A stretch of 64,000 bases of DNA from Candidatus Bathyarchaeia archaeon. Lineage in GTDB: Archaea > Thermoproteota > Bathyarchaeia > Bathyarchaeales > Bathycorpusculaceae. Under the pieces are notes generated by a model. The model had not been told where the DNA came from, did not search any database, and saw nothing but the letters and a program-made list of their open reading frames with translations. This document shows, one piece after another, positions 26,735 through 37,188 of this stretch (the first letter of the stretch is position 1; each line of letters opens with the position of its first letter). The translations under genes and the position numbers were made by a program. The stretch lies in assembly GCA_038882955.1 (NCBI GenBank), contig JAVZNC010000004.1, positions 126,349 through 190,348 on the forward strand, read 5' to 3'.

Positions 26735-28228
26735 CTAGGGCGTGTATTTGAATGGATGCTTTGCGCGGTCTTTGTTTTCCATAAGCTCTTCTATGTTTGG
26801 TCTGCCTTCTATGGCTTTGCGGATTGCGTGGCGCATAGCCTTATAATTGTTTATGTAAACGCGTTGTCTATCCACGGCTGTTGGGTGAACGAAAACATTT
26901 GCGATTATAATCAAGTCTTCAACCGCTTCTTTCGGAATTGTGCCGTCAGCGACGCTGTCCACGACTGCTTTGGCTACGGCTGTTTGGGCTGGTCCGTAAA
27001 CCATGCTGGCTTGACGCATGCTCGTGATTGTAACCGTTGGCACTATTAGGGTTACAGGTTTAACCGTCAAGTTTGGCTCCAGAATCGCCAACAAGGGCTC
27101 GTGTCCAGGCGTCGGTGCAGCCTTAGCCTTTGCAAAGGCTTCGCCTACTGGGCCGTCTTTTTTGCCTATGACTAGGTCTATGTGGGCGACTTCTGCGCCA
27201 GACCCGGCTAGGGCTTCGCCTACACGCAGTTTAAAGTCTCTTATGGTTTCTGGTGTTATGTTTATTGCCATGAACCTTTCTTCTATGGGTTTTTCGGCGA
27301 TTTCGAAGGTTATGGGTTTTGGCGTTATCTTACCTATCTTTTCCAAGTCTAGGCGTAGCTCTTCTCTTGATTCGTAGGTTAATTCTCCGCCAACGCTTAG
27401 CGGCTTTCTAACTGGACCAACTTTGATTTTCATCATGTTTAACGCCTCTTTTGCGCCTACCGCGCCGCTTCCAGCTATTATTCTGGCTATTTTCTGCACT
27501 TTATACTGGAGTTCACGGGCTTTTTGCAACTCGCCACTTTTTACGTGATTGTAAATTTGAACCCAAATGTCTGGTATCACATTGGCGCTTGCGAGGATGG
27601 CGCCGGAACATCCAGCGGCTAATGCGGCTACAACAACTTCGTCGTGTCCGCATAAGACATTGATTTTGTCTCTTACTTTTTCCAGAACCGCCAGAATATA
27701 GCGCAGCTGTCCGCTGCTGTCCTTTAAGCCAACAATGTTTGGAATTTGAGCCAAGTCTTCAACCATCTGCCATGTCAATTCTACGCCCGTGCATTGTGGA
27801 ATATTGTATAGGATTATTGGCAAGTCCACTTTGCTTGCGATTGTATCAAAATGCTCGTATATGCCGCGGTCTGCTGGCTTCAAATAGAAAGGCGTAACGA
27901 TTAAAGCGGCGTCACAACCCACATCCTTCGCGTACCGCGTCATCTCCAAGGCTTGGTCTGTTCCGCTTGCGCCTGTTCCAGCGATAACTGGAACTTTTCC
28001 ATTAACCTCGTCAATGACGATTTCTATTACGCGTTTCTTTTCTTCAGTTGTCAAATTAACGAATTCGCCTGTTGTCCCGCATGGAACAACGCCATGCACG
28101 CCCAACTCAATACAATGCCTAACCAAAGCGCGAAGCCTTTCCTCGTCAACGGTTTTTCCATCATCCGTGAAAGGTGTAACCAAGGCGGGTGATATCCCTT
28201 CAGGTTTAAACATTGTTTGTGTCTCCAA
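26735..28228 (-). CDS. Fusion: DapA/NAL-family class I aldolase + formaldehyde-activating enzyme (Fae)
   Basis: N-domain GTTGE, LYNIP, GLKDSSG; C-domain VGEALAG...HIDLVIG, KPVTL, GPAQTAVAKAV, NY.A, HPF. Confidence 0.9.
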   Translation of the reverse strand: METQTMFKPEGISPALVTPFTDDGKTVDEERLRALVRHCIELGVHGVVPCGTTGEFVNLTTEEKKRVIEIVIDEVNGKVPVIAGTGASGTDQALEMTRYAKDVGCDAALIVTPFYLKPADRGIYEHFDTIASKVDLPIILYNIPQCTGVELTWQMVEDLAQIPNIVGLKDSSGQLRYILAVLEKVRDKINVLCGHDEVVVAALAAGCSGAILASANVIPDIWVQIYNHVKSGELQKARELQYKVQKIARIIAGSGAVGAKEALNMMKIKVGPVRKPLSVGGELTYESREELRLDLEKIGKITPKPITFEIAEKPIEERFMAINITPETIRDFKLRVGEALAGSGAEVAHIDLVIGKKDGPVGEAFAKAKAAPTPGHEPLLAILEPNLTVKPVTLIVPTVTITSMRQASMVYGPAQTAVAKAVVDSVADGTIPKEAVEDLIIIANVFVHPTAVDRQRVYINNYKAMRHAIRKAIEGRPNIEELMENKDRAKHPFKYTP

Positions 28229-28323
28229 CCTTTTAGTTAAGCATACACTTTATATCATTTAAGCTTTGAATATTGAAAGAAGATTCTGATATCATCTACT
28301 ATTTGTAAAATTGAAGGAGAGCA

Positions 28324-29664
28324 TTGAAAACTTTTAAATCAACAAAAAATAAAATAAGCTCACCATTCGGAGGACACGTTTTGAACGCTGTTAGGGAAAA
28401 ACTTGAAATTAAAGAAGGAAATCTGAAGGAAATCAACGACTTTCTCCTAAAAAAAGACAATCCCTTGGTTAGTAGACTACTAGAAATTGTCGATAAATAT
28501 GACGGCGTAAGCAAGATTAACCGCAAGGCTAGAGAGTCTGGAAAGCTTGAAAATCTCATGGCGAGGCTTGAAAGGAAGAAGTCGCCTTTTGTAAAGGATT
28601 TGGAGTGGCTTATGAAGCAACGCGACAAAGAAGCATTCATCAGCATACCAGAGTACCGTAGAAAAATCTTGGGGAGAAAGGCTGATTCCATGCGTTTTGA
28701 CGATTCGTTTGCTGTTACTCTTGAAATTAGCGCGTGCAACTTTTTCCCATGGATAATTGAGGAGGCAAAGCAATCCATAAAGAAAAGCGAACTGATGCCC
28801 GCACGTTATATCCGCGTCAGAAACATGAAGGAGCAAGTTGAAGACAATGACATATTAGCCTTCGCTGCTGCCATGCAAATCATGGGCGCGTCTTATGTTC
28901 AGACTTTGGATACGAAGGGAACCATGCCCGGACCGGACGGCAATCCCATAAATGTGCATTTGGGTGGACCAGAAACCATAACTGGATATTTTGGCGGTAT
29001 AGGCATGCCTAACGAATACGCCTTAAAATGGGTTGACGAGTACCTACATTATCACACGGAGTACGGCGTCAAACAAGTTTTGAACTTTAACGCTGGAACT
29101 ATAATGCTTGGTTATCTGCTTTACAAGCTTGGAATAGACATTGAATTCAAAATTTCAGTATACGCTGGAAACGACAACCCCTACTTTATCTTATGGACGT
29201 TGATGACCGCCAAACTTTTAAGCCGCGAAGACGGCACAACACCGCTTATAGGCTTTAACTTGTCAAACTCAGTGAACAACAAGACAATTGAACTTGCAGC
29301 CTACATAAGGAAGGCGTTTGGCTTCGAAGACATCGTGCGCATAGAACATCACATCGTGGAAACGCAAAAGAGCATTGTTAGGCAGCCCTACGATAGGCTA
29401 AATGAACTTTTGGAATTGGCAGACCACGTAAAAAACATAAGCGCCAAACACGAGGGTGGAATCCCAGAAATTGACAAGAACAGAGAGCATCCATCAGACA
29501 TACTTGACTACTTTATGCCGAAAAAAGAAATAATGGCGCAAGGGCTTATGCCGAAACTGCTGCAAAACTACATGGACAAGCACGATGCAGTAAACAGAAC
29601 AGCTAAAGCACTGACGGAACGCGGACTAACGTTCATTGCAGCCCCAAACCTGCACAAAAAATGA
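28324..29664 (+). CDS. Conserved-looking hypothetical protein (possible enzyme)
   Basis: Long clean ORF with Gly/His/acidic motifs (NVHLGGPETITGYFGG, EHH, KHEGG); divergent from dapA-fae. Confidence 0.75.
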   Translation: MKTFKSTKNKISSPFGGHVLNAVREKLEIKEGNLKEINDFLLKKDNPLVSRLLEIVDKYDGVSKINRKARESGKLENLMARLERKKSPFVKDLEWLMKQRDKEAFISIPEYRRKILGRKADSMRFDDSFAVTLEISACNFFPWIIEEAKQSIKKSELMPARYIRVRNMKEQVEDNDILAFAAAMQIMGASYVQTLDTKGTMPGPDGNPINVHLGGPETITGYFGGIGMPNEYALKWVDEYLHYHTEYGVKQVLNFNAGTIMLGYLLYKLGIDIEFKISVYAGNDNPYFILWTLMTAKLLSREDGTTPLIGFNLSNSVNNKTIELAAYIRKAFGFEDIVRIEHHIVETQKSIVRQPYDRLNELLELADHVKNISAKHEGGIPEIDKNREHPSDILDYFMPKKEIMAQGLMPKLLQNYMDKHDAVNRTAKALTERGLTFIAAPNLHKK

Positions 29665-29682
29665 AAGTGGAAAGTGCTTGGG

Positions 29683-30447
29683 TCACCACTGTTCTTTGGG
29701 TTTGCGGAAGAGTAGGTAAACCGTTGACACAAAGAGAATAGCTGTTATCACACCTAAAATGACTGAAACGCTGCGTAAGTTCTCTAGTTCGCTTGCGCTT
29801 CCCTTGAGTGCATCATATTTTTGTACGTAATCCCAGTAAGTTTGGTTCAATTGTTCAATATTTTCTTTGGACAGTGACATGTTAAAGCTTTCAAAGAACG
29901 TCGCGTTTAGACTTGCAAGCTGCTCTTCTATGCTTTTAAGATAAGTATTTTCAACATAGGTCATGTCAAAGCTAACCTTCAGATTTTCATAAGGCATTAT
30001 CGTTATTATTATAGGCGTGCCCGGCTGCTCATAAGTGACGTTATATGTCAATGTAATTTCCCCTTGAGTTATACCCCAGACGTTTTCAGGTATCGCGAAA
30101 GGCGGAAGAACGCAATTGTATTCGTTAACTAATGATATGTTGCCATCAGTCAAGCTAACAATGAGAATCTTTTCTTTACCATAAACGAAACCAAAAACGC
30201 TTACATTGAGGTACCCTATATACACGTCTTTTGGACCGAGTGCTTTGGATAGGCTCAAAGTTAGTGAAACATTCTGACCAGGCACTGCTTCTGCAGTTGC
30301 ATTTATTTCAATGTTTATTCCAGGGAGATTTAGAAGTTTTGTTATGGTTTCATTTTGTGCTTCTGTTCTTGCGAGTGGTAAGCTGGCAATGGAAAGACAG
30401 CATATTAGGATTATCAATTTAAGTTTTTTCAATTTTTCACCTTCCAA
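29683..30447 (-). CDS. Secreted/membrane-anchored hypothetical protein
   Basis: Signal peptide, several N-x-S/T sequons, C-terminal TM helix. Confidence 0.75.
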   Translation of the reverse strand: MEGEKLKKLKLIILICCLSIASLPLARTEAQNETITKLLNLPGINIEINATAEAVPGQNVSLTLSLSKALGPKDVYIGYLNVSVFGFVYGKEKILIVSLTDGNISLVNEYNCVLPPFAIPENVWGITQGEITLTYNVTYEQPGTPIIITIMPYENLKVSFDMTYVENTYLKSIEEQLASLNATFFESFNMSLSKENIEQLNQTYWDYVQKYDALKGSASELENLRSVSVILGVITAILFVSTVYLLFRKPKEQW

Positions 30448-30521
30448 TAACGAGATGGTGATTTAGATTCAAAGTTTATTTAACAATTTCTCACGGTTCA
30501 GAAGCCAGAAAGGCTAATGGG

Positions 30522-30761
30522 CTATTTCAATGAGCGGATAAAACGCTGATAAATATATATGAAGTAGATGAAGGCAAAAGCTGTCAAAACTATTTCAGTG
30601 AACAGTATCGCCGGGTTGTTTTCGATAGCCATAAAATATCCGTGTTGGAGTATATCAGCGAAAACTAGAATTTGGAGGAATATGGCGCCCCCTAAGCAGC
30701 TTAAGCCCAAAATGTGGAACAGCGTACGCATTCTGCGGTCAAGCTTTGGTTCGGCCTTCAT
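30522..30761 (-). CDS. Small 2-TM membrane protein
   Basis: Two hydrophobic helices. Confidence 0.65.
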   Translation of the reverse strand: MKAEPKLDRRMRTLFHILGLSCLGGAIFLQILVFADILQHGYFMAIENNPAILFTEIVLTAFAFIYFIYIYQRFIRSLK

Positions 30762-30929
30762 ACTTTATCGTGAATAACAAGAAACCATACTTTGACTTAT
30801 AGGTTATGAATCCCCACACACTACAAAGCCTTATGATTAAAACTTTTAATTAAAACTTAACATCCCACAAGCAAAAATCTAGAGATGGTACTCAATTTAG
30901 CAGTTCAAACACAGTTAAAATTGACTGGG

Positions 30930-31844
30930 CTAGGCTTCTGTCAGCTTGTCAATGGCTTCTTTGATGGTTGCAACGGACATTTCGAAGCGTTTTTTTGTTT
31001 CTGGCTGCAGTTCAAGTTCCAAAATCTTTTCAACTCCGTTTCTGCCGAGGACAACTGGGACGCCTATTGCTACGTCTGAAAAGCCATACTCGCCTTGCAG
31101 GTAGGTTGATACGCCCATTACGCGGTTTCTTCCTCTCATAACGGCATCAGCCATCACAGCGATTACGGCTGCTGGCGCGTAGATTGTTGCGCCTTTAAGC
31201 CTTATAACATCCGAGCCAGAGCTTACAGTTAAATTAACTATTTTCTCGATTTGCTCTTTGCTTAGTAAACGCGTTATTGGTATGCCAGAAACAGAAGCGT
31301 ACTCCACAAGCGGAACCATCGAATCGCCATGTTCACCTATGACAAGCGCGCGTATATCCTCCCTCGAAACGTTAAGTTCAGAAGCAATGTAAGACCTAAA
31401 ACGTAAAGTGTCCAGTATGTTGCCCATGCCGAAAACGCGGTTCCGCTCAAACCCAGACTCCTTGTAGGCAACATAGGTCATCACATCAACTGGGTTCGTA
31501 ACCATCATAATTTTACAGTCGGGCGCATATTTCGCGATTTCCTTCACTATTGACCTCACTATTTTCGCATTTTTATTCATCAAATCAATCCGCGACATCC
31601 CAGGCTTTCTCGCCTCACCAGCCGCCACGATAACAAGTTCAGAATCGCGCATCTCGCTGTAGTTGCTTGTCCCCTTTATTTTTCCGTCAAACTCTATTGC
31701 TGGTGCCGCTTGCATCATGTCTAGGGCTTCGCCTTTCGCTAGGTTCTCGTAAACATCTATCAAAACAACATCGCCTATTCGGTATCTCAAAATGTTGAAG
31801 GCTGCGGCGCTTCCAACGCGTCCAGCGCCAATTATGGTTATCAT
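30930..31844 (-). CDS. mdh: Malate dehydrogenase (LDH-like)
   Basis: IIGAGRVG, ARKPGMSRIDL, VTNPVD, LDTLR and GEHGD motifs. Confidence 0.93.
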   Translation of the reverse strand: MITIIGAGRVGSAAAFNILRYRIGDVVLIDVYENLAKGEALDMMQAAPAIEFDGKIKGTSNYSEMRDSELVIVAAGEARKPGMSRIDLMNKNAKIVRSIVKEIAKYAPDCKIMMVTNPVDVMTYVAYKESGFERNRVFGMGNILDTLRFRSYIASELNVSREDIRALVIGEHGDSMVPLVEYASVSGIPITRLLSKEQIEKIVNLTVSSGSDVIRLKGATIYAPAAVIAVMADAVMRGRNRVMGVSTYLQGEYGFSDVAIGVPVVLGRNGVEKILELELQPETKKRFEMSVATIKEAIDKLTEA

Positions 31845-31882
31845 AGGTTAGAATAGGCGGCATCAGCCAAAAATAGGTTTTG

Positions 31883-33220
31883 TTAGATTTCGTATTCCCT
31901 TTCTTTTTCAGCCATTAGTACTTTGCCTTTCAAATCTCTTATGAAGTTGGCGAAGAGGTTTGGCTTTTCCGTGTGCACGGGAAAGACTTGTTTTGCGCCT
32001 ATTTCTTTTAGGATGTTCTTTAGTTGTATTGGCATTATGTGTCCAGAAACATGCGCGTGATACTGCGGCAAACCATAATGCTCAAGCCAGTTAACAAGCC
32101 TCTCATAGTCTATCTCCATCTCCTCGTTGAAAGGCTCAGAAGCGGAAAGCACATAACAGCTTCCAGCCTCTGGCTTAATCTCAACAAGCTCCTCCAAGTC
32201 GTAGAAGGATAAAGCCAAAACAATTTTGCACTGCTGCTTCGAAACTTCGGATGCACTCTTAACCTTGTCTGGATAACTTTCAATCAGCGCGTTTTCCCAC
32301 TTGTCTCGCACACGCTTCGATTTTCGAAAAACCAAAATGCCATCATCACTCAAACACGGAATCTCCAAATGCTTGTCCTCGCGCAACGCCTCCATCAAGT
32401 AGGCTTGTTTAAGTGAAACGGCGAGACAACGCCCATTATTCTTGGCGGCGCAGTAAAGCGAATTGAGCCTATCAACATCTGTAGAAGCAAAATCAACAAG
32501 CACGATGCCGCTTGCATGTCCGACAATCTCATTCAACTTGCCTTTAACCTCTGCTTCAGAAGAAACATGCGCCCCAGTCATGTTCGTGGCTTCAGTGATA
32601 ACCGCTTCGGGCTCTGCTTCAACAGCTTTTTCAACAAAGTCCCTTGTCATCTCGTGCTTGGCGCCATGCGTTCTGAAATCGCCAGTGTAGGCTATGCTGC
32701 CGCTGGAAGTGTGGATTATGAAGCCGTAAGCCCCTGGAACAGAGTGGTCAACGTGAACTGGCTCAACTTCTAGGTTATCCACTCGGATTTTCTTTCCAGT
32801 TCTAAAGGTTTGAAATTCTATGCCCTCAACGTTAAATTCCAAGTCTGCCCTACGTATTTCGCCCAGCGCTTGCAAAATGATTTTCATTGTTTCACCGCAG
32901 TAAACTGGAATTTCACGTTTTATAAATGACAAGTAAGCAGAATGGTCCATGTGCGCATGCGAAATGAAAACGGCGTCAATTGCACACGGTTCTTCATCAA
33001 ACTTGTATACGCCCTTTATTTTTGGTAATATACCAAGCTCCTGTAGACTTTTTTCGCTTCTAGGCGACAGGAAAGGCGGCGAATAAAACCGCCTTCTAGC
33101 GGCGTATGACAAGCCAAAATCGAAGAGCACTCTGATTTCTCTGTCTTGGATTAGGATTTTGTTTCCGCCGATTTCGTTTACTCCACCGTAAAAGGTTATT
33201 GTGGTTTTTGGCTTAACCAT
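31883..33220 (-). CDS. RNase J-like MBL/beta-CASP hydrolase
   Basis: GGVNEIGGN, SHAHMDH, VDHSVPGA, YTGDFR, HVSGH and PVHTE motifs. Confidence 0.88.
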   Translation of the reverse strand: MVKPKTTITFYGGVNEIGGNKILIQDREIRVLFDFGLSYAARRRFYSPPFLSPRSEKSLQELGILPKIKGVYKFDEEPCAIDAVFISHAHMDHSAYLSFIKREIPVYCGETMKIILQALGEIRRADLEFNVEGIEFQTFRTGKKIRVDNLEVEPVHVDHSVPGAYGFIIHTSSGSIAYTGDFRTHGAKHEMTRDFVEKAVEAEPEAVITEATNMTGAHVSSEAEVKGKLNEIVGHASGIVLVDFASTDVDRLNSLYCAAKNNGRCLAVSLKQAYLMEALREDKHLEIPCLSDDGILVFRKSKRVRDKWENALIESYPDKVKSASEVSKQQCKIVLALSFYDLEELVEIKPEAGSCYVLSASEPFNEEMEIDYERLVNWLEHYGLPQYHAHVSGHIMPIQLKNILKEIGAKQVFPVHTEKPNLFANFIRDLKGKVLMAEKEREYEI

Positions 33221-34922
33221 GCTGTTCCCTCATTTTATCCGCCCTTTTGCAAGCGTTTGATATTATGAGCATTATATGTGGAAGGGTGAAGACGCTGAAA
33301 ACTTTTGTGTATTTTGGATTTCCCGCCTTCTTGACCGTTTCTGGGCTTCCTCCAGCTTTCAAGTAGCCTTCGATAAAAGATTTGGCGATATGCTCCGCTA
33401 GACTACTTTTTGAGAAGGGCGAAAAATAATGTCCAGCATAGTAGAGGAACTCGGCTATGTCCCATGTCTTATCGCCCTTTCTTGATGCTTGTTCAAAATC
33501 TAATAGATAAATTTGGTTGTCCTTGCCTATTATGATGTTTTCTGGTTTTGTATCGCCCAAGGAGACATCAAGCGCGTGAACTTCAGCAAATTTTTCTCCC
33601 ACTTTCCGTATAATGTCAAGTTCATCTTTAACCTCGTCAGCAGCCCTTGCCTCGGCTATGCGCTTTATTTTTTTCTCAAGGCTCTCGCCTTCAACATATT
33701 CCATGAGAACAAGACGTTCGCCATGGTTTATGTGAAGCAGTTTTGGAACGGCAAACCCGCGTGAATGTAGAAACTGGTTTATTGCACATTCACGTTCAAG
33801 CCTTGAACGTCCCAAAACGGCGAAAGTTCTTGTTCCAACAGTCCACAATGTAAGCGGAAACCATTTAAAACTTGACCAGTCCTTAAACCTTTTTGCAACA
33901 ATCTTCTGTTCCATGCCGTTGGCTGAAGCCGTTATCAAATACGTCTCGTTTAAAACGCTTCCAATCTGCGTAACATTTATTTCAGCCTTTTCATCTGCCG
34001 ACAAAACTTTCCTGGCAAAAGCTTTCAAGTCAAGCCTATTAGCAAAAGAAACAAGACCATTAGCAGTTGGAACAAACAAATATGCTTGCGGGTCCTCAAC
34101 GAAACAAACATCTCGCGAGTAGCTTTCAGCAAACCTAAACCTTGTGAGTAAATCCCTATTCTGCATGAGAAAACTGAAAATTCTTGGAAAAGTTCCAATT
34201 AAAGAATTGAATAAAGCCTTCTGCGCAGTTCTGAAAAGGTTTACAAATCTGATTTTCCGATTCTTAACGCCATCAATGAATTTGGCGGAAATCTTAACAA
34301 AACCATTAGAAAAGCTGACTATACCCTCACTTTCAAGCTCCTTCAAGGCTTCCAGATAGCCGGGTAATACGCGGTTCACATTTATGCTTTTCCTATTTTC
34401 ATGCATGAATTCGATTAGGTCTGGCATCATAAGCGGAAAAAGCCTCGCCCTAGTTAACAAAGTTTCGTACATGAAGTATTCGGGCTTAATGCGGATGTCG
34501 TAGGATAGTTCTGGAAAGTCTAGGATGATGTTTTCTAGGATTTCGTGTATTAGGCGTTTCTTCAATTGTACCTCTTGAGCATGCAGATAATTCTCGCTGA
34601 CAATTGGGATATATGGAAAAATTAGTCCTCCAGCCAAAGCTTCGCCTAGAAATCCCCTGTCAACATCCCTCTCGAAAACCCACTGGTCAACGGCAAAAAT
34701 AATGAAACTTTTGCTTTCAAAAACATCTAGATAAGTCATTAATCGAGGCTTAAAATCTCTAATTATAAGCAAAGCTTGCGAGGCAGTTTTGGCTTTGAAG
34801 GTTAACTCTGAATCGCCGATTATGCATAACGCTGTAATGTCGCACGAGCCGGCAACATACCTACAAAACCTCATAAGACTTTCAGTTATTTCCTTGTCCA
34901 AGCGCCTCGTTTGCCTACTCAC
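33213..34922 (-). CDS. Atypical kinase (Bud32/Kdo/RIO-like C-domain) with large N-terminal domain
   Basis: IVAKRF, LMEYVEG, LGDTKPENI, LLDFEQA and WDIAEFLYY motifs. Confidence 0.75.
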   Translation of the reverse strand: MSRQTRRLDKEITESLMRFCRYVAGSCDITALCIIGDSELTFKAKTASQALLIIRDFKPRLMTYLDVFESKSFIIFAVDQWVFERDVDRGFLGEALAGGLIFPYIPIVSENYLHAQEVQLKKRLIHEILENIILDFPELSYDIRIKPEYFMYETLLTRARLFPLMMPDLIEFMHENRKSINVNRVLPGYLEALKELESEGIVSFSNGFVKISAKFIDGVKNRKIRFVNLFRTAQKALFNSLIGTFPRIFSFLMQNRDLLTRFRFAESYSRDVCFVEDPQAYLFVPTANGLVSFANRLDLKAFARKVLSADEKAEINVTQIGSVLNETYLITASANGMEQKIVAKRFKDWSSFKWFPLTLWTVGTRTFAVLGRSRLERECAINQFLHSRGFAVPKLLHINHGERLVLMEYVEGESLEKKIKRIAEARAADEVKDELDIIRKVGEKFAEVHALDVSLGDTKPENIIIGKDNQIYLLDFEQASRKGDKTWDIAEFLYYAGHYFSPFSKSSLAEHIAKSFIEGYLKAGGSPETVKKAGNPKYTKVFSVFTLPHIMLIISNACKRADKMREQHG

Positions 34923-34976
34923 ATTTTCACCTAGGCAAGAACCAAAATAGAATTTAATCCATTTTAGAGATATAAA

Positions 34977-36365
34977 CTAATGTCTCTCAAGAATTTTCCC
35001 ATACGCTCTCAAAACTTTCAGGGCTTTTGCAGCCTTCTCTGGCAAATTATAAAGTGGAATTTTCGTTTTGCCTAAAACCTTGTAAACTAGCGCGAAGTCT
35101 TCGCCTCCAGCTGGCACGTCCACAATGGGCTTTTTCGGGTATTTTGCCGCAACTTTTGGGATTACACGTGCATCTTCTGGTTCAAAGAAGCAGGATTTAA
35201 GCATGTTTATGATTAGAACGCCGTCAACATCATCGTCTGCAAGCACCAAATCCAAAACCTTCTCGTACCTTTCGGCTCTTGCATCGGCAATCATATCGAT
35301 GGGGTTTGTTGCGTCAACACCGGGATATAAGCGCTCAATTTCATTTCTGGTTTTGTTCGACAATGTCGCAAGTTTTAAGCCGTTTTTTGCTATCGCGTCT
35401 GCTGCAAGAATTGCTGGTCCGCCGACATTGCTTACTATTGCAACGTTGTCTCCGAGCATTGGCGGTTGCTTTGAAAGGGCGATTGCCGCGTCCATGAGTT
35501 CTTCCACGTTTTCTACCCTTATTATTTCAGCCTTTTTTAGTGCCGCGTTAAAAATTTCGTCTGAGCCAGCTATTGAGGCTGTGTGAGACTTTGCTCTATG
35601 CGCGGATTCTTCTGTTATTCCACCCTTTAAAACTAGGACTGGCTTTTTCTTGACGGTTCTTTTGGCTTCTTCTATGAAGGTTCTTCCGTCTTTTATTCCT
35701 TCCATGTATAGGCATATAACCTTTGTTTCTTTATCCTCGCTTAGATACCTAAGCAAGTCAACGTCGTCAACGTCTATCTTGTCTCCCATGAAGGCGAATT
35801 TGCTTACGCCAACATTGTAGAAACACGCCCAGTCCAGTAGGCAAGCGCCGACGCCACCGCTCTGCGAGATAACGGCGATGTTCCCCCTCTTTGGCATCAG
35901 ATTCCTTTCGAAGGTCGTGTTTAAACCGTTTGAAGTGTTTACCACGCCCATGATCGTGTTTGGACCCAAAATTCTTATGCCATAATCCTCCTTAAGCTTA
36001 AGCAGTTTTTGGCGTTGCGCATCCTTGTAGCCGCCAGTAATTATTACAAGGGCTTTTGCGCCTTTCTTTGCAATTTCTTCCGCTTGGATTAACGCGTGCT
36101 TAGGTGGAAGCATTATAACTGCGAGTTCTGGAACGCCTAGCAATGCTTTAGTGCTTGCAGATTTTTTCCTTCCATCAACATCCAGAACGTGAACTTTGCC
36201 TTTGAAGAACTTTTTCATGTTGTACGTTACACTTTTAAACAGTTGCGGGGAACTCATCCCAACCTTTTCGCGTAGCCTACTCGAACCTATTAGAACAACG
36301 CTTTTCGGCTCGAAGATAGCTTCCACTCCACTCATAATTTTACCTTCAAGTAGCACCTTCAACAT
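34977..36365 (-). CDS. acdA: ADP-forming acyl-CoA synthetase, alpha subunit
   Basis: GPNT.G, SQSGG, LYMEG, phospho-His motif SHTASIAG, NPID. Confidence 0.88.
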   Translation of the reverse strand: MLKVLLEGKIMSGVEAIFEPKSVVLIGSSRLREKVGMSSPQLFKSVTYNMKKFFKGKVHVLDVDGRKKSASTKALLGVPELAVIMLPPKHALIQAEEIAKKGAKALVIITGGYKDAQRQKLLKLKEDYGIRILGPNTIMGVVNTSNGLNTTFERNLMPKRGNIAVISQSGGVGACLLDWACFYNVGVSKFAFMGDKIDVDDVDLLRYLSEDKETKVICLYMEGIKDGRTFIEEAKRTVKKKPVLVLKGGITEESAHRAKSHTASIAGSDEIFNAALKKAEIIRVENVEELMDAAIALSKQPPMLGDNVAIVSNVGGPAILAADAIAKNGLKLATLSNKTRNEIERLYPGVDATNPIDMIADARAERYEKVLDLVLADDDVDGVLIINMLKSCFFEPEDARVIPKVAAKYPKKPIVDVPAGGEDFALVYKVLGKTKIPLYNLPEKAAKALKVLRAYGKILERH

Positions 36366-36414
36366 GACGGAAGGTAAGAAAATACGTTGTTCATATTCAT
36401 AAATTTAACCATAA

Positions 36415-37188
36415 CTACTTCTGGGTTACCTTCATATAAGCCAATGTGGCAAGCGAAGTGAAAATCAACGCAAACAAGGCTATGTCAACAAGCATAAATG
36501 GGTCAAAGGGTGGATTACCTAAAAGAAAAGCTCTTGAGAGGTCGGCGCCGCAGCTTAATGGATTATACTGCGCTATCAACGCCAACTGTGGAATTGCACT
36601 TTGTATAAGCGTCATTGGATAAAACACCGTGCTGCAAAAGAAAAGGACATAGTAGACAACTCCTCTCGCAGTTATGTATTTCTCAAAACTTGTCGTTGAC
36701 ACGGCAAGGGCTATGCTCAAACCAGAAGTGCCAATTGATATTAGGAAAAGAGCAAAGATTATTGTTAGAAACTGAAGCGCGTCTGGGAAAACTCCAGTGT
36801 AAACATAAGTTATGCCCAGTGTTGTGGCTAAAAGCGGAGCCATGTAAATTACTCCTCTAATGCCTCCAGCCAAAACCCTTCCAAGCGCCAGTTCTAAACG
36901 CTTTATTGGAAGGCTCAACATATAATGCGAGATTTCCCGTCGGATTTCCATGTTTATCTCGCGTCCAATCATGAACGCCGCGGCGAAAAGCGCTGTTATT
37001 GTTAAGCCTGGAGCGAAGAAGACGAAGTAGTCTGTTATTATGCTCCTATTAACCATGTTTGTGTATACGACTGCCATTATGAAGAGGTCTGCAAGGTTCA
37101 TGCTTATCATTCCAGCAATCCACCATTTATAGCGGAGGAAATAGCTGAGGTCCCTTTGAATGACGTGCAATATTGGTTTTATTGCCAT
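36415..37188 (-). CDS. ABC-2 type exporter permease
   Basis: 6 TM helices; LSLPI, STVFYP and NPLS motifs. Confidence 0.88.
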   Translation of the reverse strand: MAIKPILHVIQRDLSYFLRYKWWIAGMISMNLADLFIMAVVYTNMVNRSIITDYFVFFAPGLTITALFAAAFMIGREINMEIRREISHYMLSLPIKRLELALGRVLAGGIRGVIYMAPLLATTLGITYVYTGVFPDALQFLTIIFALFLISIGTSGLSIALAVSTTSFEKYITARGVVYYVLFFCSTVFYPMTLIQSAIPQLALIAQYNPLSCGADLSRAFLLGNPPFDPFMLVDIALFALIFTSLATLAYMKVTQK

